Source of the DNA: a virus
Lineage: Duplodnaviria; Heunggongvirae; Uroviricota; Caudoviricetes
DNA: 64,000 nucleotides
Virus record (IMG/VR): IMGVR_UViG_3300042894_001948
Reading direction: 5' to 3' (one strand)
This document shows positions 1 to 10,742 of the stretch, one piece after another (the first letter of the stretch is position 1; every line of letters begins with the position of its first letter). Under the pieces are notes generated by a model, which did no database searches, was not told the origin of the DNA, and was given only the letters and a program-made list of their open reading frames with translations. A program made the translations under genes and the position numbers.

Positions 1-249
1 GAAGAAGATAAAATGACTATTAACAGTAAGCCATTAATATCTGAATTAAAAACTTTTATTGCGCACGGGATTAGTTTTAAAGGTAAACCAGGACAACACG
101 ATGACTTAGTAGCAGCATTATTACTAATAGTAAGAATGATCGATATACTAGCAGAATGGGATCCAATGGTATTTGAAAGAATGCGAATTGAAGAAAGAAT
201 TGAGGACTGGGAAGCACCTCTACCAATATTTGTTTCCTCTAATATGTGA
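1..249 (+). CDS. Terminase large subunit, C-terminal fragment (T4 gp17-like), truncated at window start
   Basis: ELKTF..G.SF...G.HDDLV motif typical of the gp17 nuclease C-terminus; frame is open from the window edge. Confidence 0.75.
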   Translation, partial: EEDKMTINSKPLISELKTFIAHGISFKGKPGQHDDLVAALLLIVRMIDILAEWDPMVFERMRIEERIEDWEAPLPIFVSSNM

Positions 250-260
250 TAAATATAAAC

Positions 261-2609
261 ATGGACAATAATTTAGATAAAATCGCTTTAGACCTTTATG
301 GTAAAATACAAACACGTTTCTCAAATATTAAAATGGGTGACGAAAATGCAGAAGTATTAAGTAAAAAGACTGATATACCACGTGCTCGATTCTTTGAATT
401 TGAATATGAAGAACATGGCGAACCGCTTGGTACTATTGCTATTACTTTAGACTTAGATGATGGTATTGTAGTACAAGTTAGCGGAGACTTAGTTGACGAC
501 GACTCTGGAGCTACACATCACAATGCATATAAATTTATAAGATCATTTAGACAATTTGCTAAAAATCGGTTATTAAATTTTGATGTACAAAATATTGGAA
601 AAAGCAACTTAGACAAACGAGACTATCAGTTTCAAGCAAAACCCAAGGAACAACCAATGATGGAAAGTAAAATGTTTGGAACTTCTAAAATAAGTTACCA
701 AAACTTAGGTGAAGCTCGGTTAATTGTTAAACATAGCCAACCTATTAATCCAGAACTAGCTGCAGGTCGTACTATGCATATTCAAAGCATTTATGTAGAA
801 AATGCAGATGGTGAAAGATTTAAATACCCGTATAAACACTTACCAGGTGCTCGTGCATTAGCAGAACATGTTAAACACGGCGGCAACCCATACGATGCAA
901 TTGGCAAACATATAACTAAACTTAGTGAGGAATTAGCAAGTTTACGCAAATTTAAAGGGTATGTTGGTCGCCAATCTCAAATATCAGAAGCAATGGGCGA
1001 CGTTACATCGCGTGTAATTGAGCGCATTGACTCAGTTAAAAAAGAAATTAATAGCTTACAACGCCCTGCATACTATCAACAATTTGCAGAATCATTTGTT
1101 GAAAAAGAAGAACGCATTATCCCAGAAACTGTAATGAATGATTGGATTGATCGATTAACTGTGCGCACGTTTAATGAAGAAATGAAAACAGTATTTCCGT
1201 TTTTATACAATATCGTAGACGAAAGTGAATTACCAGTATGCGAACTATCTTCAGATTATTTCTTAGATGAAAAAGCACCAGAAGGATGGGAAGGTACTGT
1301 TAAAGCAATGAAGAAACACAAGGAAATTGATAATCCTTGGGCATTAGCACACTCTATGAAAAACAAAGGATATAAAAGCCATAAAAAAGAAAGCTTTGAT
1401 CCTGAACAAACATTTGAATCATTTATTAATCGCATTATGCTTGAAGATAAAGATGAGTTGTTTAGCCCAAACAAAGATGCACAAAAAGTTGCAATTGACA
1501 AATTAAATAGAATTCTTGAAAAAGAATTGCGCGGCGGACCAGATGGAGTTAATGCTATTCAAAGTTTAGCTGGACTAATTGACGATCCAGATTTCTTAGA
1601 TGCACTTAAAGATATTGATCCAGATTTAGATACTCGCCCATTAATTCAACAATACGTAACGCACACTGATCCAGGTGTAGCAGTTCAATTAAAATTCGGT
1701 GATGGCGACATTGGTGGACAAGATATGGCACCTGCAGCAAACGGATCTGCTCCTCCGGATATAGCAGCACCGCCAGCAGCTCCTGAAGGTACACCTGATA
1801 TGGGCGGCGGACTAGGCGGACTAGGCGGCGGAATGCCTCTAGACATGGGCGGAATGCCTCCTGATATGGATGGACTGCCTCCAGAAGGAGAACTAGGTGC
1901 AGAAGGTGAATTACCTCCAGGTAGTGAAGTTCCTCCAGCTCCAGGTAGTGAAGTTCCTCCAGCTCCAGGTAGTGAAGTTCCTCTAGCACCTCCAGCACCT
2001 CCAGCACCTCCAGCACCTCCAATGCAAGAAGGTATTCATCATAAAAAATCTAAAATCAAAGCTAAGTTTATTAAAGCTAAAGCAGCCGGTGCAACACTAG
2101 AAACAATGTTTGCAGAAGGTATGACTATCCGTGATGCACTTAGGGAGAGTGGAATAACTCCATGTGAAGCAGGATATGGCGAATGCGATATGGAGGACAA
2201 CGACGGTAGCGAGCCGACACAAGAACATATCTCAGGTAAAGAACAAATTCTAAATTCGATTGCAGGATTCTGGAATAAAGAAGAACGCAATTTTACTATT
2301 GGCGGAACTAGAGTTAAAACTAAGATTATTAAAAGTTTTAAAGACGGTGAGTACAGTAACGCATCAGAAGATGATGTTAGAGAAGTATTACAAAAAGTAG
2401 ATCAATTAGATCCAAGTGAAGACGCTAGAGAACAAAATGATGTTTTAAGATTAGCAGGTGTTAAACATCAAGAACCAACCGATGATGAAGTAGATTTAGA
2501 AGCATTTGGTCGTAGACGATTTGATAGTATTGACAAACATAAAATGCATAAAACAGTGAGAAACAATTATGAAAAGAATTTCAGAAACCGTACTTCTAGA
2601 TACCGTTAG
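261..2609 (+). CDS. Large hypothetical protein, probable virion/head component, with Pro/Gly-rich repeat linker
   Basis: Long ORF after terminase; ATAAATA upstream; PPAPGSEV repeats; acidic; LRLAG motif near C-terminus. Confidence 0.6.
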   Translation: MDNNLDKIALDLYGKIQTRFSNIKMGDENAEVLSKKTDIPRARFFEFEYEEHGEPLGTIAITLDLDDGIVVQVSGDLVDDDSGATHHNAYKFIRSFRQFAKNRLLNFDVQNIGKSNLDKRDYQFQAKPKEQPMMESKMFGTSKISYQNLGEARLIVKHSQPINPELAAGRTMHIQSIYVENADGERFKYPYKHLPGARALAEHVKHGGNPYDAIGKHITKLSEELASLRKFKGYVGRQSQISEAMGDVTSRVIERIDSVKKEINSLQRPAYYQQFAESFVEKEERIIPETVMNDWIDRLTVRTFNEEMKTVFPFLYNIVDESELPVCELSSDYFLDEKAPEGWEGTVKAMKKHKEIDNPWALAHSMKNKGYKSHKKESFDPEQTFESFINRIMLEDKDELFSPNKDAQKVAIDKLNRILEKELRGGPDGVNAIQSLAGLIDDPDFLDALKDIDPDLDTRPLIQQYVTHTDPGVAVQLKFGDGDIGGQDMAPAANGSAPPDIAAPPAAPEGTPDMGGGLGGLGGGMPLDMGGMPPDMDGLPPEGELGAEGELPPGSEVPPAPGSEVPPAPGSEVPLAPPAPPAPPAPPMQEGIHHKKSKIKAKFIKAKAAGATLETMFAEGMTIRDALRESGITPCEAGYGECDMEDNDGSEPTQEHISGKEQILNSIAGFWNKEERNFTIGGTRVKTKIIKSFKDGEYSNASEDDVREVLQKVDQLDPSEDAREQNDVLRLAGVKHQEPTDDEVDLEAFGRRRFDSIDKHKMHKTVRNNYEKNFRNRTSRYR
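1913..2021 (+). repeat. Coding tandem repeats (24-bp CCAGGTAGTGAAGTTCCTCCAGCT x3; 9-bp CCTCCAGCA)
   Basis: Directly visible; encodes PGSEVPPA and PPA repeats. Confidence 0.9.
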
Positions 2610-3435
2610 ATCGTTAAGAGAGGCTATGGCAATAATCGAAGGCGGGTTTAATGCTAACACCCGCCAAGATGCATTTGGAGATGCTCCTGATGCAATTGGC
2701 GCAACAGACCATCCTATGCAAAATTTTAGCGATTACATGAATCAAGGTAAAGATAATGTTAACAATGCAGTTGGCGATTTAGCATCCGGTATTGGACATA
2801 GTATAGGCGACCCTCTCAAAAAAGGCATTCCTGTTGCAAAAGATATTGGCCGTAGTATTGGTGCAGTCGGGCAAGGCGTAGGTACTGCACTTAACCGCGC
2901 AGCACATGGTGATTTTGCAGACCATCCAGAAGATCATCCTGAAAACTATCCACCCTTAGGATTAACTAATCCTGAAGAATATCCGGACTTATCGCCTGCA
3001 GGATCATACGATTTACCACACGCTGATGCAGCTCCACATGAGTTTCAACCGTCGGACACTAGTTATGCACAAGATCATCCTGCAGCAGCTAAACCGCATC
3101 CTGCAGGCCAACCAAAGTCGGCTACTCCTAAGTTTGATCCAGCTGTTCAAAAGTTGCAATATGAACTACGTGCTAAAGGATATAATATCAAGGCTGACGG
3201 CATTTTAGGTCCTAACACACAACAAGCAATTGATTGGGAAAATCAAACAAATGCAACACAGGATAGAATTGCAGGGTATGATCAATTACGTGCAGACATG
3301 GATCAATCAACTATTGCTCCGGAACCATTTGATAACACACAAGGCGACTTTGATCGTCAACCAGAACTTAACGAACATGTAACATTTAGTCAAGGTGACA
3401 GTTTAGCTAGAATCATTCAACTAGCAAGAGGATAA
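2569..3435 (+). CDS. Peptidoglycan-binding (PG_binding_1-like) domain protein, probable virion protein
   Basis: VQKLQYELRAKGYNIKADGILGPNTQQAI matches the LQ..L...GY....DG..GP.T..A pattern. Confidence 0.7.
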   Translation: MKRISETVLLDTVRSLREAMAIIEGGFNANTRQDAFGDAPDAIGATDHPMQNFSDYMNQGKDNVNNAVGDLASGIGHSIGDPLKKGIPVAKDIGRSIGAVGQGVGTALNRAAHGDFADHPEDHPENYPPLGLTNPEEYPDLSPAGSYDLPHADAAPHEFQPSDTSYAQDHPAAAKPHPAGQPKSATPKFDPAVQKLQYELRAKGYNIKADGILGPNTQQAIDWENQTNATQDRIAGYDQLRADMDQSTIAPEPFDNTQGDFDRQPELNEHVTFSQGDSLARIIQLARG

Positions 3436-3437
3436 TA

Positions 3438-4511
3438 ATGAAAAAAATTACAGAAAATGCACTCTTATTTAGAGTTAATCAATTAAATGAAAAGTTAGCA
3501 ATGTATGAAGCAGGAGTTGTTCCTGCTGGTACTAAACCTGTAGCATCACAACAAACTACAGCAACTACTGCAGCAACACAACAAACTACAGCCCCGCATG
3601 GGCGCGGTGCATACGTTGCTCCACCACCGCCTGTTACTGATACTAAACCTGTAGCAGCACAACAAACTGCAGCTCCGGCACAACATCAAACCGTGTTACA
3701 AGCGTACAACGCAAATATAGCAAGTGGTATGGATAAAAATGCTGCATGGGCTGCAGCACAGAAATCTGCAGGTGCACCTGCACAACATACTTCAGGAACT
3801 GGAGGAAAACCAGTACAAACTAAACCCACAACTGCAGCTCCTACACATGCAGCTCCTGCACAAGCTAAACCAGATCCGGCAGTATTAAAACAACAACAAG
3901 ATTTAATTGCCAAAGGATATCCAATTAAAGCAGACGGCATTATGGGTCCAAAAACACAAGCAGCACTAGATTGGCAAGCACAATCTGATAAACGTGACGC
4001 TGGTTTAAAAGCTACTAATAATATGGATCCTAGTAAACCAGCACCGGCAGCACCTACTGATCCAACGCAAAAAGCAGCATATGATGCAGCAATTAAGAAC
4101 ATGGATCCTAATCAAACACCAGCTCCAGCAGCAGCTCCGGCAGGTGCAGCAGCAATTACTCCTGCATTCCAAAGCCAGCAAGCACCTACACCGGCATCTA
4201 CCGCCCAACAATCAGCGTATAATAGCTCTGCACTTGGACAGATGCAACGGTCTCTTCAACAACAAGAAGCTGGCCAATCAATTCAAACACCACCTCCAGA
4301 AAAACCAGAAGGTGTCCAAGTGTTTCCAGGAACAGTAACACAACAAACAGCAGCATCTGCAGCACAACCGTCTGGTGGATGGGATCAAAACGATCCAGAT
4401 ACTCCAGCTATGTTCCGCAATCCTCTCCCAGGTGAGCCAGGTATGCATGAATCAGTTTCGTTTAAAAATGAAGACAGTTTGGCTAGAATTGTACAATTAG
4501 CAAAATGGTAA
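3438..4511 (+). CDS. Peptidoglycan-binding domain protein, Ala/Pro/Gln-rich, paralog of the preceding gene
   Basis: QQQDLIAKGYPIKADGIMGPKTQAAL; shares C-terminal DSLARI.QLA with 2569..3435. Confidence 0.7.
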   Translation: MKKITENALLFRVNQLNEKLAMYEAGVVPAGTKPVASQQTTATTAATQQTTAPHGRGAYVAPPPPVTDTKPVAAQQTAAPAQHQTVLQAYNANIASGMDKNAAWAAAQKSAGAPAQHTSGTGGKPVQTKPTTAAPTHAAPAQAKPDPAVLKQQQDLIAKGYPIKADGIMGPKTQAALDWQAQSDKRDAGLKATNNMDPSKPAPAAPTDPTQKAAYDAAIKNMDPNQTPAPAAAPAGAAAITPAFQSQQAPTPASTAQQSAYNSSALGQMQRSLQQQEAGQSIQTPPPEKPEGVQVFPGTVTQQTAASAAQPSGGWDQNDPDTPAMFRNPLPGEPGMHESVSFKNEDSLARIVQLAKW

Positions 4512-4688
4512 AATAATTTGACAAAGTGAAAGATTTCACTTGCTCATATAAATAAAAGAGTATATAATACGCACATACTTTAAAAGTAAGGCATACTTAT
4601 TATATACAGTATAAAACATAAAAAACACATAGGCTATATAACACACAGAGCAATCTGTGTGTTAACTCAAAACACATAGGATATTAAA

Positions 4689-5687
4689 ATGGCAACACTC
4701 GCAGAAATCAGAGCAAAACTAAAAGCGGCAGAAACACGTAGTACAGATAGCAATACAGGCGGTGATAAATCAATTTATCCATTCTGGACTATTAAAAGCG
4801 GTGGCGAAGCAACTTTTAGATTCCTTCCAGACGGCAACGCAGATAACATGTTTTTCTGGGTTGAGCGTAACGTAATCAAATTACCTTTTGCAGGTATTAA
4901 AGGTCAAACAGATAATAAACCCGTAACAGTAAATGTACCATGCGTTGAAATGTACAACGACGGTTCGGTATGTCCAATTCTTTCAGAAGTGCGTCCTTGG
5001 TTTAAAGATCCTTCTTTAGAAGAAATGGGTCGTAAATATTGGAAAAAACGTAGTTTCATCTATCACGGCTTTGTACCTAAAGATGGCTTAGAAGAAAGAG
5101 AACCACCCGAAAATCCAATCCGTAGATTTATTATTGGACCACAAATTAACAAACTAATTCACGCAGCATTAACTGACGAAGAATATACAGAATTGCCTAC
5201 AGACTATGTAAATGGTTTTGACTTTACATTGCGCGTTGGCAGTAAAGGCGGCTTTGCAGACTATTCAACATCAACATGGAAAAGAAATACACGTCCACTA
5301 AGTGAAGAAGAAAGATCAGCAATTGACAAATTTGGCTTACCTAACTTAGCAGATTACTTACCTAAAAAACCAGGCGACGTTGAACTTAAAGTTATGGTAG
5401 AAATGTTTGAAGCATCTGTTAATGGTGAAGCATACGACATTGAACGTTGGGGCAAATACTTTAGACCATATGGCGTACAGTTTGACGAAAACGCAGCACC
5501 AGCACCTACTGCAACAGTAACGCCCGTAGTTGCACCCGTAGTACCCACAGTTGAAGAAGACGCCCCATGGGATGAGCCAGCTGTTGTTAATACCTATACT
5601 CCACAACCTGCAGTAGAAGCAGCTCCTACAGCATCAAGCGATTCTCGTGCTAATGATATTTTAGCAAGAATTCGTAATCGCGGCTAA
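4689..5687 (+). CDS. Single-stranded DNA-binding protein (T4 gp32-like)
   Basis: FRFLPD, CP.C-like region, YWKKRS, G.DF.L....KGGFADYSTS motifs; precedes uvsX. Confidence 0.85.
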   Translation: MATLAEIRAKLKAAETRSTDSNTGGDKSIYPFWTIKSGGEATFRFLPDGNADNMFFWVERNVIKLPFAGIKGQTDNKPVTVNVPCVEMYNDGSVCPILSEVRPWFKDPSLEEMGRKYWKKRSFIYHGFVPKDGLEEREPPENPIRRFIIGPQINKLIHAALTDEEYTELPTDYVNGFDFTLRVGSKGGFADYSTSTWKRNTRPLSEEERSAIDKFGLPNLADYLPKKPGDVELKVMVEMFEASVNGEAYDIERWGKYFRPYGVQFDENAAPAPTATVTPVVAPVVPTVEEDAPWDEPAVVNTYTPQPAVEAAPTASSDSRANDILARIRNRG

Positions 5688-5703
5688 TTAAGATGTAACG
5701 GAT

Positions 5704-5731
5704 TAACGTAGCAAGGGGTCTTGCTACGTTA
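5704..5731 (+). terminator. Stem-loop between SSB and uvsX
   Basis: TAACGTAGCAAG-GGGT-CTTGCTACGTTA perfect 12-bp stem, no U-tract. Confidence 0.5.
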
Positions 5732-5750
5732 CAATGTACGGAGTATACTC

Positions 5751-6833
5751 ATGGCGACAAAACCATTCGATTTAACAAAATTTAGAAAAACATTAACAAA
5801 AAGCATTGACGGATTGGGCGTAGGCTTTAACGATCCTACAGATTGGGTTGGCACAGGCAACTATGCACTTAACTATCTTATTAGTTCAGACTTCCATAAA
5901 GGCATTCCATTAGGTAAAGTAACTGTGTTTGCAGGCGAATCTGGTGCAGGCAAAAGTTATATTTGTTCAGGTAACATTGTTAAGAATGCACAAGAACAAG
6001 GAATATATGTAGTACTAATTGATTCAGAAAATGCACTTGACGAATCATGGCTACACGCATTAGGTGTAGACACTACTGAAGAAAAACTTCTTAAACTTAA
6101 TATGGCTATGATTGATGATGTAGCTAAAACTATTAGTGAGTTTATGAAAGAATATAAAGCAATGGAAGACAAACCAAAAGTATTGTTTGTAGTTGATTCA
6201 TTAGGTATGTTACTAACTCCAACTGATATTAATCAATTTGAAGCAGGTGATTTAAAAGGTGATATGGGTCGTAAACCTAAAGCACTTACTGCACTTGTTC
6301 GTAATTGCGTTAATATGTTTGGCAGTCACAATGTTGGATTAGTATGTACTAATCACACGTATGCAAGTCAAGATATGTTTGATCCGGATGATAAAATATC
6401 AGGCGGACAGGGATTTGTTTATGCATCAAGCATTGTAGTAGCAATGAAAAAACTTAAACTAAAAGAAGATTTAGATGGTAACAAAGTTAGTGAAGTTAAC
6501 GGTATTCGCGCATCATGCAAGATTATGAAAACTCGTTATGCTAAACCATTTGAAACTTTGCAAATTAAAATCCCGTATACTACAGGTATGAATCCATTTA
6601 GTGGGTTAGTTGACTTATTTGAGAAAAAAGGTATGCTATCAAAAGATGGTAATAGACTTAAATACGTGGCTACTGACGGTACTGAAATTAAACAATACCG
6701 TAAAGAGTGGGAAAGTAATGCTAACGGTGCTCTTGAAAGAGCAATGGCTGAATTTACTGATCAACCGTTAATATCTAATGACATTGATGATATTGATGAT
6801 GAATACGTCACGGAGGACGAAAATGTTGAATGA
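5751..6833 (+). CDS. uvsX: RecA-like recombinase UvsX
   Basis: Walker A GESGAGKS, Walker B VVDSLG, NHTY, SGG.GF.YASS; GGAG SD before ATG 5751. Confidence 0.92.
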   Translation: MATKPFDLTKFRKTLTKSIDGLGVGFNDPTDWVGTGNYALNYLISSDFHKGIPLGKVTVFAGESGAGKSYICSGNIVKNAQEQGIYVVLIDSENALDESWLHALGVDTTEEKLLKLNMAMIDDVAKTISEFMKEYKAMEDKPKVLFVVDSLGMLLTPTDINQFEAGDLKGDMGRKPKALTALVRNCVNMFGSHNVGLVCTNHTYASQDMFDPDDKISGGQGFVYASSIVVAMKKLKLKEDLDGNKVSEVNGIRASCKIMKTRYAKPFETLQIKIPYTTGMNPFSGLVDLFEKKGMLSKDGNRLKYVATDGTEIKQYRKEWESNANGALERAMAEFTDQPLISNDIDDIDDEYVTEDENVE

Positions 6834-7056
6834 AACACAAATTGCTGATGTATGGTTATTATTTGCAGACTACATTGATAAGAAACAAGCAGAAATTGCT
6901 GCTGAAAGATTTATTGAATTACTAGCAGATTTTGGTGCTAGTGATCGTACCTTCCAAGGTGCAACAGGTATCGATCCTGTTTTAGATCAAGCTATTACTT
7001 ATTACTTAGAAGATAATAGCGATGACGACGATGATTATACAGATTTGGAGTTTTAA
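6823..7056 (+). CDS. Small acidic hypothetical protein
   Basis: GGAGG SD, overlaps uvsX stop and abuts uvsY. Confidence 0.7.
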   Translation: MLNETQIADVWLLFADYIDKKQAEIAAERFIELLADFGASDRTFQGATGIDPVLDQAITYYLEDNSDDDDDYTDLEF

Positions 7057-7511
7057 TGAGTTGGTATTCTACAATAGCTAACGACATAACAAAATTACAT
7101 GATGGTATTGCATATTTTCAAACAGAATTGACAAGTGCTAGACAAGAGTGTAAAATAGTAGGAAATGTAGAACGTGCGTCTGCAGCAATGCCAGGCATTG
7201 TAGAACATAGATATGGACAGCTTCAAGAAATTGAAGCTATCCTTGAGTTCCTTAATATCGAACTTAAACGATTAAAGAGTTATCACTTTAGAAAATATTT
7301 AGAAACATACGCAAGAGCGTTAAGCAGTCGCGATTGTGAAAAATTTGTCGAAGGTGAAGATGATGTAATTGAGTACGAACAGATTATTAACGAATTTGCT
7401 TTACTAAGAAATCAATGGTTGGGTATTACAAAAGCCTTAGATCAAAAATCGTATGCATTAAGCAATATTATACGATTAAGATGTGCAGGTATGGAAGACG
7501 CAACAATTTAA
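7056..7511 (+). CDS. uvsY: Recombination mediator UvsY-like
   Basis: Helical 151 aa protein, YARALSSRD..KFVEGE..V and C-terminal IRLRCAGMED; synteny with uvsX/uvsW. Confidence 0.75.
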   Translation: MSWYSTIANDITKLHDGIAYFQTELTSARQECKIVGNVERASAAMPGIVEHRYGQLQEIEAILEFLNIELKRLKSYHFRKYLETYARALSSRDCEKFVEGEDDVIEYEQIINEFALLRNQWLGITKALDQKSYALSNIIRLRCAGMEDATI

Positions 7512-7559
7512 TTAATATGACGGGCTTAGTGCCCGTCACTACTATAAGGTGTATAACAC

Positions 7560-8783
7560 ATGACTACGATTGACAGCTTGCTTCATTTTGTATTTCTTGA
7601 AGCAATGACTACAACTCCCCCTTTCTCGTCAAGAGATAATAAAACATTGCGAAGCTTACATACTGCAATGCAGTCCACTACATATATTACTGAAAAACAA
7701 GGTACGCTGTTACTTGCAATTTTAAGTAATCAATTATACACGCCATTTATGTTATTAGCTAACGCTGATTACAAAGAATACTTAGATAATCCGCAATGGC
7801 AACACCCGTTTCGTGTACTTCCAGATGTTAAGAAGATATACCATATTCCGGCTGGCTCAACTGCTATTCCGGAATACAATGGGTTACGTGATAACTATAC
7901 AGGAGTAATTGCAATTGAATTTACATTCTCATCTACTATACGTAATCACCTAAAACCGCTATCATCTGTAATTCATCAAGTAAGATCTGGGTCGTTTTAT
8001 ATTGCAGATTACACAGAACAAAATTTATACACTGTAATGAAAAACTTAGAACAATATAACTTTGAAGTTTCTCCCGAGTTACAAGCAGTATACAATACTA
8101 TTATTACGTGGGATAACGCAAATATAGCAAGCCAGTTCTTACTCGAAAATATTAATTTTCCAATGTTTAAACATGCAATTGATAATGATTTAGGTGATAA
8201 TATCGATTTAAACGACTTATTAATTAAAGACCGTAAACATCGATATCAATACACTAACCATGTTGCGTGTAATAATAATACATTAACGGAAACTATTGCT
8301 AATCGTACTAAAACAAAAATATGGATTGATAGTAATACACATACACTATCTAATGTTGTTAAGTCATTAGTTGAATTAAAAAGGTTGCCGATGTTAGTAG
8401 TGTTTGATCAAACCACTCCGTTAATAACAATTACTCAGTTTAATGAATTGTCAACTGCGTTAACTAAAAATGGAATTACAGATAACATTGGTATCTATTT
8501 TAGATTAGACAATACGCCTGATGGCAAAATATTTAATGACGGAATTGCAAATAGAAAGTATAATAGTATGCTAGATGATTCAACAGCTGTTGCAGGTGTG
8601 CTAGGCGGTAAACTACCAAAGTTCTTTCTTAAAACAGGATGGAAACCAATGAGCGTACTTTGCATTAAAAACACATTGCGCCAAAGTAAAACGGCAGTAT
8701 ATGCAACGTGTAGTGATTTAATTATTACATATACTCCAACAGAACCAATAATTGAAACGAGGAACATATGGGAGTTAAATTAG
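7560..8783 (+). CDS. Hypothetical protein
   Basis: 407-aa ORF in operon, no recognised motif. Confidence 0.7.
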   Translation: MTTIDSLLHFVFLEAMTTTPPFSSRDNKTLRSLHTAMQSTTYITEKQGTLLLAILSNQLYTPFMLLANADYKEYLDNPQWQHPFRVLPDVKKIYHIPAGSTAIPEYNGLRDNYTGVIAIEFTFSSTIRNHLKPLSSVIHQVRSGSFYIADYTEQNLYTVMKNLEQYNFEVSPELQAVYNTIITWDNANIASQFLLENINFPMFKHAIDNDLGDNIDLNDLLIKDRKHRYQYTNHVACNNNTLTETIANRTKTKIWIDSNTHTLSNVVKSLVELKRLPMLVVFDQTTPLITITQFNELSTALTKNGITDNIGIYFRLDNTPDGKIFNDGIANRKYNSMLDDSTAVAGVLGGKLPKFFLKTGWKPMSVLCIKNTLRQSKTAVYATCSDLIITYTPTEPIIETRNIWELN

Positions 8784-10231
8784 TCATAAAAGACGAAGTT
8801 AATATTAAATTTGATCATTTACCATTAGACGTGCGTAAGAAATTAGTAAACGCATTTAAGTACGAAGTACCGTATGCTAGATATCAACCTGCCTTTAAGT
8901 TAGGCAGGTGGGACGGTACAGTAAGTCTATTTGGGTTAGGTGGGACAGGATATTTAAATAATTTAGAATCTATCTTAGCAATAATGAATAAATGCGGTGT
9001 TGAGATAGATGAAATAGAAGACCTGCGAAATCATTATAAGTTAGAGTTTATACCAGTTACAGAAACATATTGGGCAGATCAAGGTAAGGTATGGCCAGTA
9101 GGACATGCTCAAGAAGGACAACCAATTATGTTACGTGACTATCAAGTTGACGCCATTAATAAATTCTTAGAGCAAACACAAGCATTGCAAGAGATTGCAA
9201 CTGGTGCAGGTAAAACAATTACAACAGCAACACTAGCACACATATGCGAACCGCATGGCCGTACAATTGTTATTGTTCCAAATAAGAGTTTAGTAGAACA
9301 AACACATGAAGACTTTGTAAGCGTTGGGTTAGATGTTGGTATGTACTATGGCGATAAAAAAGATATAAACAAAACTCATACAATATGCACATGGCAAAGT
9401 CTTAACATACTAGACAAGAAAAGTAAAAATCACGAACACGATATTATATCATTAGCAGAATTTTTAGATGGTGTAACTGCTGTAATTGTTGACGAAGTGC
9501 ATATGGCAAAGGCAGATGTACTAAAAAATTTACTTACGCATAATTTATGTAATGCACCGATTCGTTGGGGGTTAACAGGTACTGTACCTAAAGAAAAGTT
9601 TGAATACGAACAAATATTTGCAAGTATTGGACCAGTAATAGGAGGTATCAAAGCATACGAGTTACAAGAAGCAGGCGTGTTATCAGACTGCCATGTAAAA
9701 GTATTACAGCTAATTGATTTAAAAGAGTTTAGGGCATATTCGGATGAGATAACATATCAAGTTACAAATGAAGACCGTATGAGATTTATTAGCGATCAAA
9801 TTAAAGAAATTGCAGAAACGGGTAACACATTAGTGTTAGTTGGTCGTATCGAAAGCGGCAAGATATTAATCGAAAATATTCCAGATGCTGTATTTGTATC
9901 AGGTAATGTAAAAACAAAAGATAGAAAAACAGAATACGACGAAATTAAAACATCGACAAATAAAATTATTGTAGCAACTTATGGTGTAGCAGCAGTTGGT
10001 ATTAATATTCCACGTATTTTTAATTTAGTGTTAATCGAATCAGGTAAAAGTTTTACAAGGGTTATACAAAGTATAGGTAGAGGAATTAGAAAAGCACACG
10101 ATAAAGACTTTGTGCAAATTTATGACATTACAAGTACGTGTAAGTATGCTAAAAGACATCTTGCAGAAAGAAAAAAGTTCTATAAAGATGCAAAATATAA
10201 ATTTGAAATTAATAAGGTAGATTGGAAATGA
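8768..10231 (+). CDS. uvsW: SF2 DNA helicase UvsW-like
   Basis: LRDYQ, ATGAGKT, DEVH, GLTGT, QSIGRGIR motifs. Confidence 0.9.
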   Translation: MGVKLVIKDEVNIKFDHLPLDVRKKLVNAFKYEVPYARYQPAFKLGRWDGTVSLFGLGGTGYLNNLESILAIMNKCGVEIDEIEDLRNHYKLEFIPVTETYWADQGKVWPVGHAQEGQPIMLRDYQVDAINKFLEQTQALQEIATGAGKTITTATLAHICEPHGRTIVIVPNKSLVEQTHEDFVSVGLDVGMYYGDKKDINKTHTICTWQSLNILDKKSKNHEHDIISLAEFLDGVTAVIVDEVHMAKADVLKNLLTHNLCNAPIRWGLTGTVPKEKFEYEQIFASIGPVIGGIKAYELQEAGVLSDCHVKVLQLIDLKEFRAYSDEITYQVTNEDRMRFISDQIKEIAETGNTLVLVGRIESGKILIENIPDAVFVSGNVKTKDRKTEYDEIKTSTNKIIVATYGVAAVGINIPRIFNLVLIESGKSFTRVIQSIGRGIRKAHDKDFVQIYDITSTCKYAKRHLAERKKFYKDAKYKFEINKVDWK

Positions 10232-10734
10232 ATATATTAACAGTTAACAATGAGTGGTTTTCGCTCAATAGTCTGCCAGATGAAGTCGACGATAGTATGC
10301 GATTTGGTGTGTTAGACAATAGTAATCCGCAAGATCCGGATTTTTTCTTTTCACCATTAATATATTTAGAATCATTTAATGCACCTGCAATGGTATTAAA
10401 AATAGGCGATAGTGAAGTTACTATGCCAATTGATTGGTGTATTGCAGTGGGCGACAGTAGTAGTGCAACACATATTGAAATATTACCATTAACTAGCTTA
10501 AATGATAGAGGTTTTGATGCATTAATTTTTAATCCAATATCTGATTTTAGAATTGAATTTATGAAAATAGAAATAGTAAATTTTTATAATGATGTTAAAT
10601 GGTATTTTCCTAAAATGAAAATAGGCCATTTATTAGCAACACCAATAAGACAACAATACAAACCACCATGTGCATATTTTGTAAAAGAAGTTTCAAGAAA
10701 CAGTGAATTAATCCATTTAGACAAATTATTATAG
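10228..10734 (+). CDS. Hypothetical protein
   Basis: ORF translationally coupled to uvsW. Confidence 0.7.
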   Translation: MNILTVNNEWFSLNSLPDEVDDSMRFGVLDNSNPQDPDFFFSPLIYLESFNAPAMVLKIGDSEVTMPIDWCIAVGDSSSATHIEILPLTSLNDRGFDALIFNPISDFRIEFMKIEIVNFYNDVKWYFPKMKIGHLLATPIRQQYKPPCAYFVKEVSRNSELIHLDKLL

Positions 10735-10742
10735 GAAAAATT

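Noticed and set aside
1606-2022. Minus-strand LEVLE-repeat ORF and similar antisense ORFs over core genes
   Set aside because: Shadows of repeats or codon bias in the + strand genes
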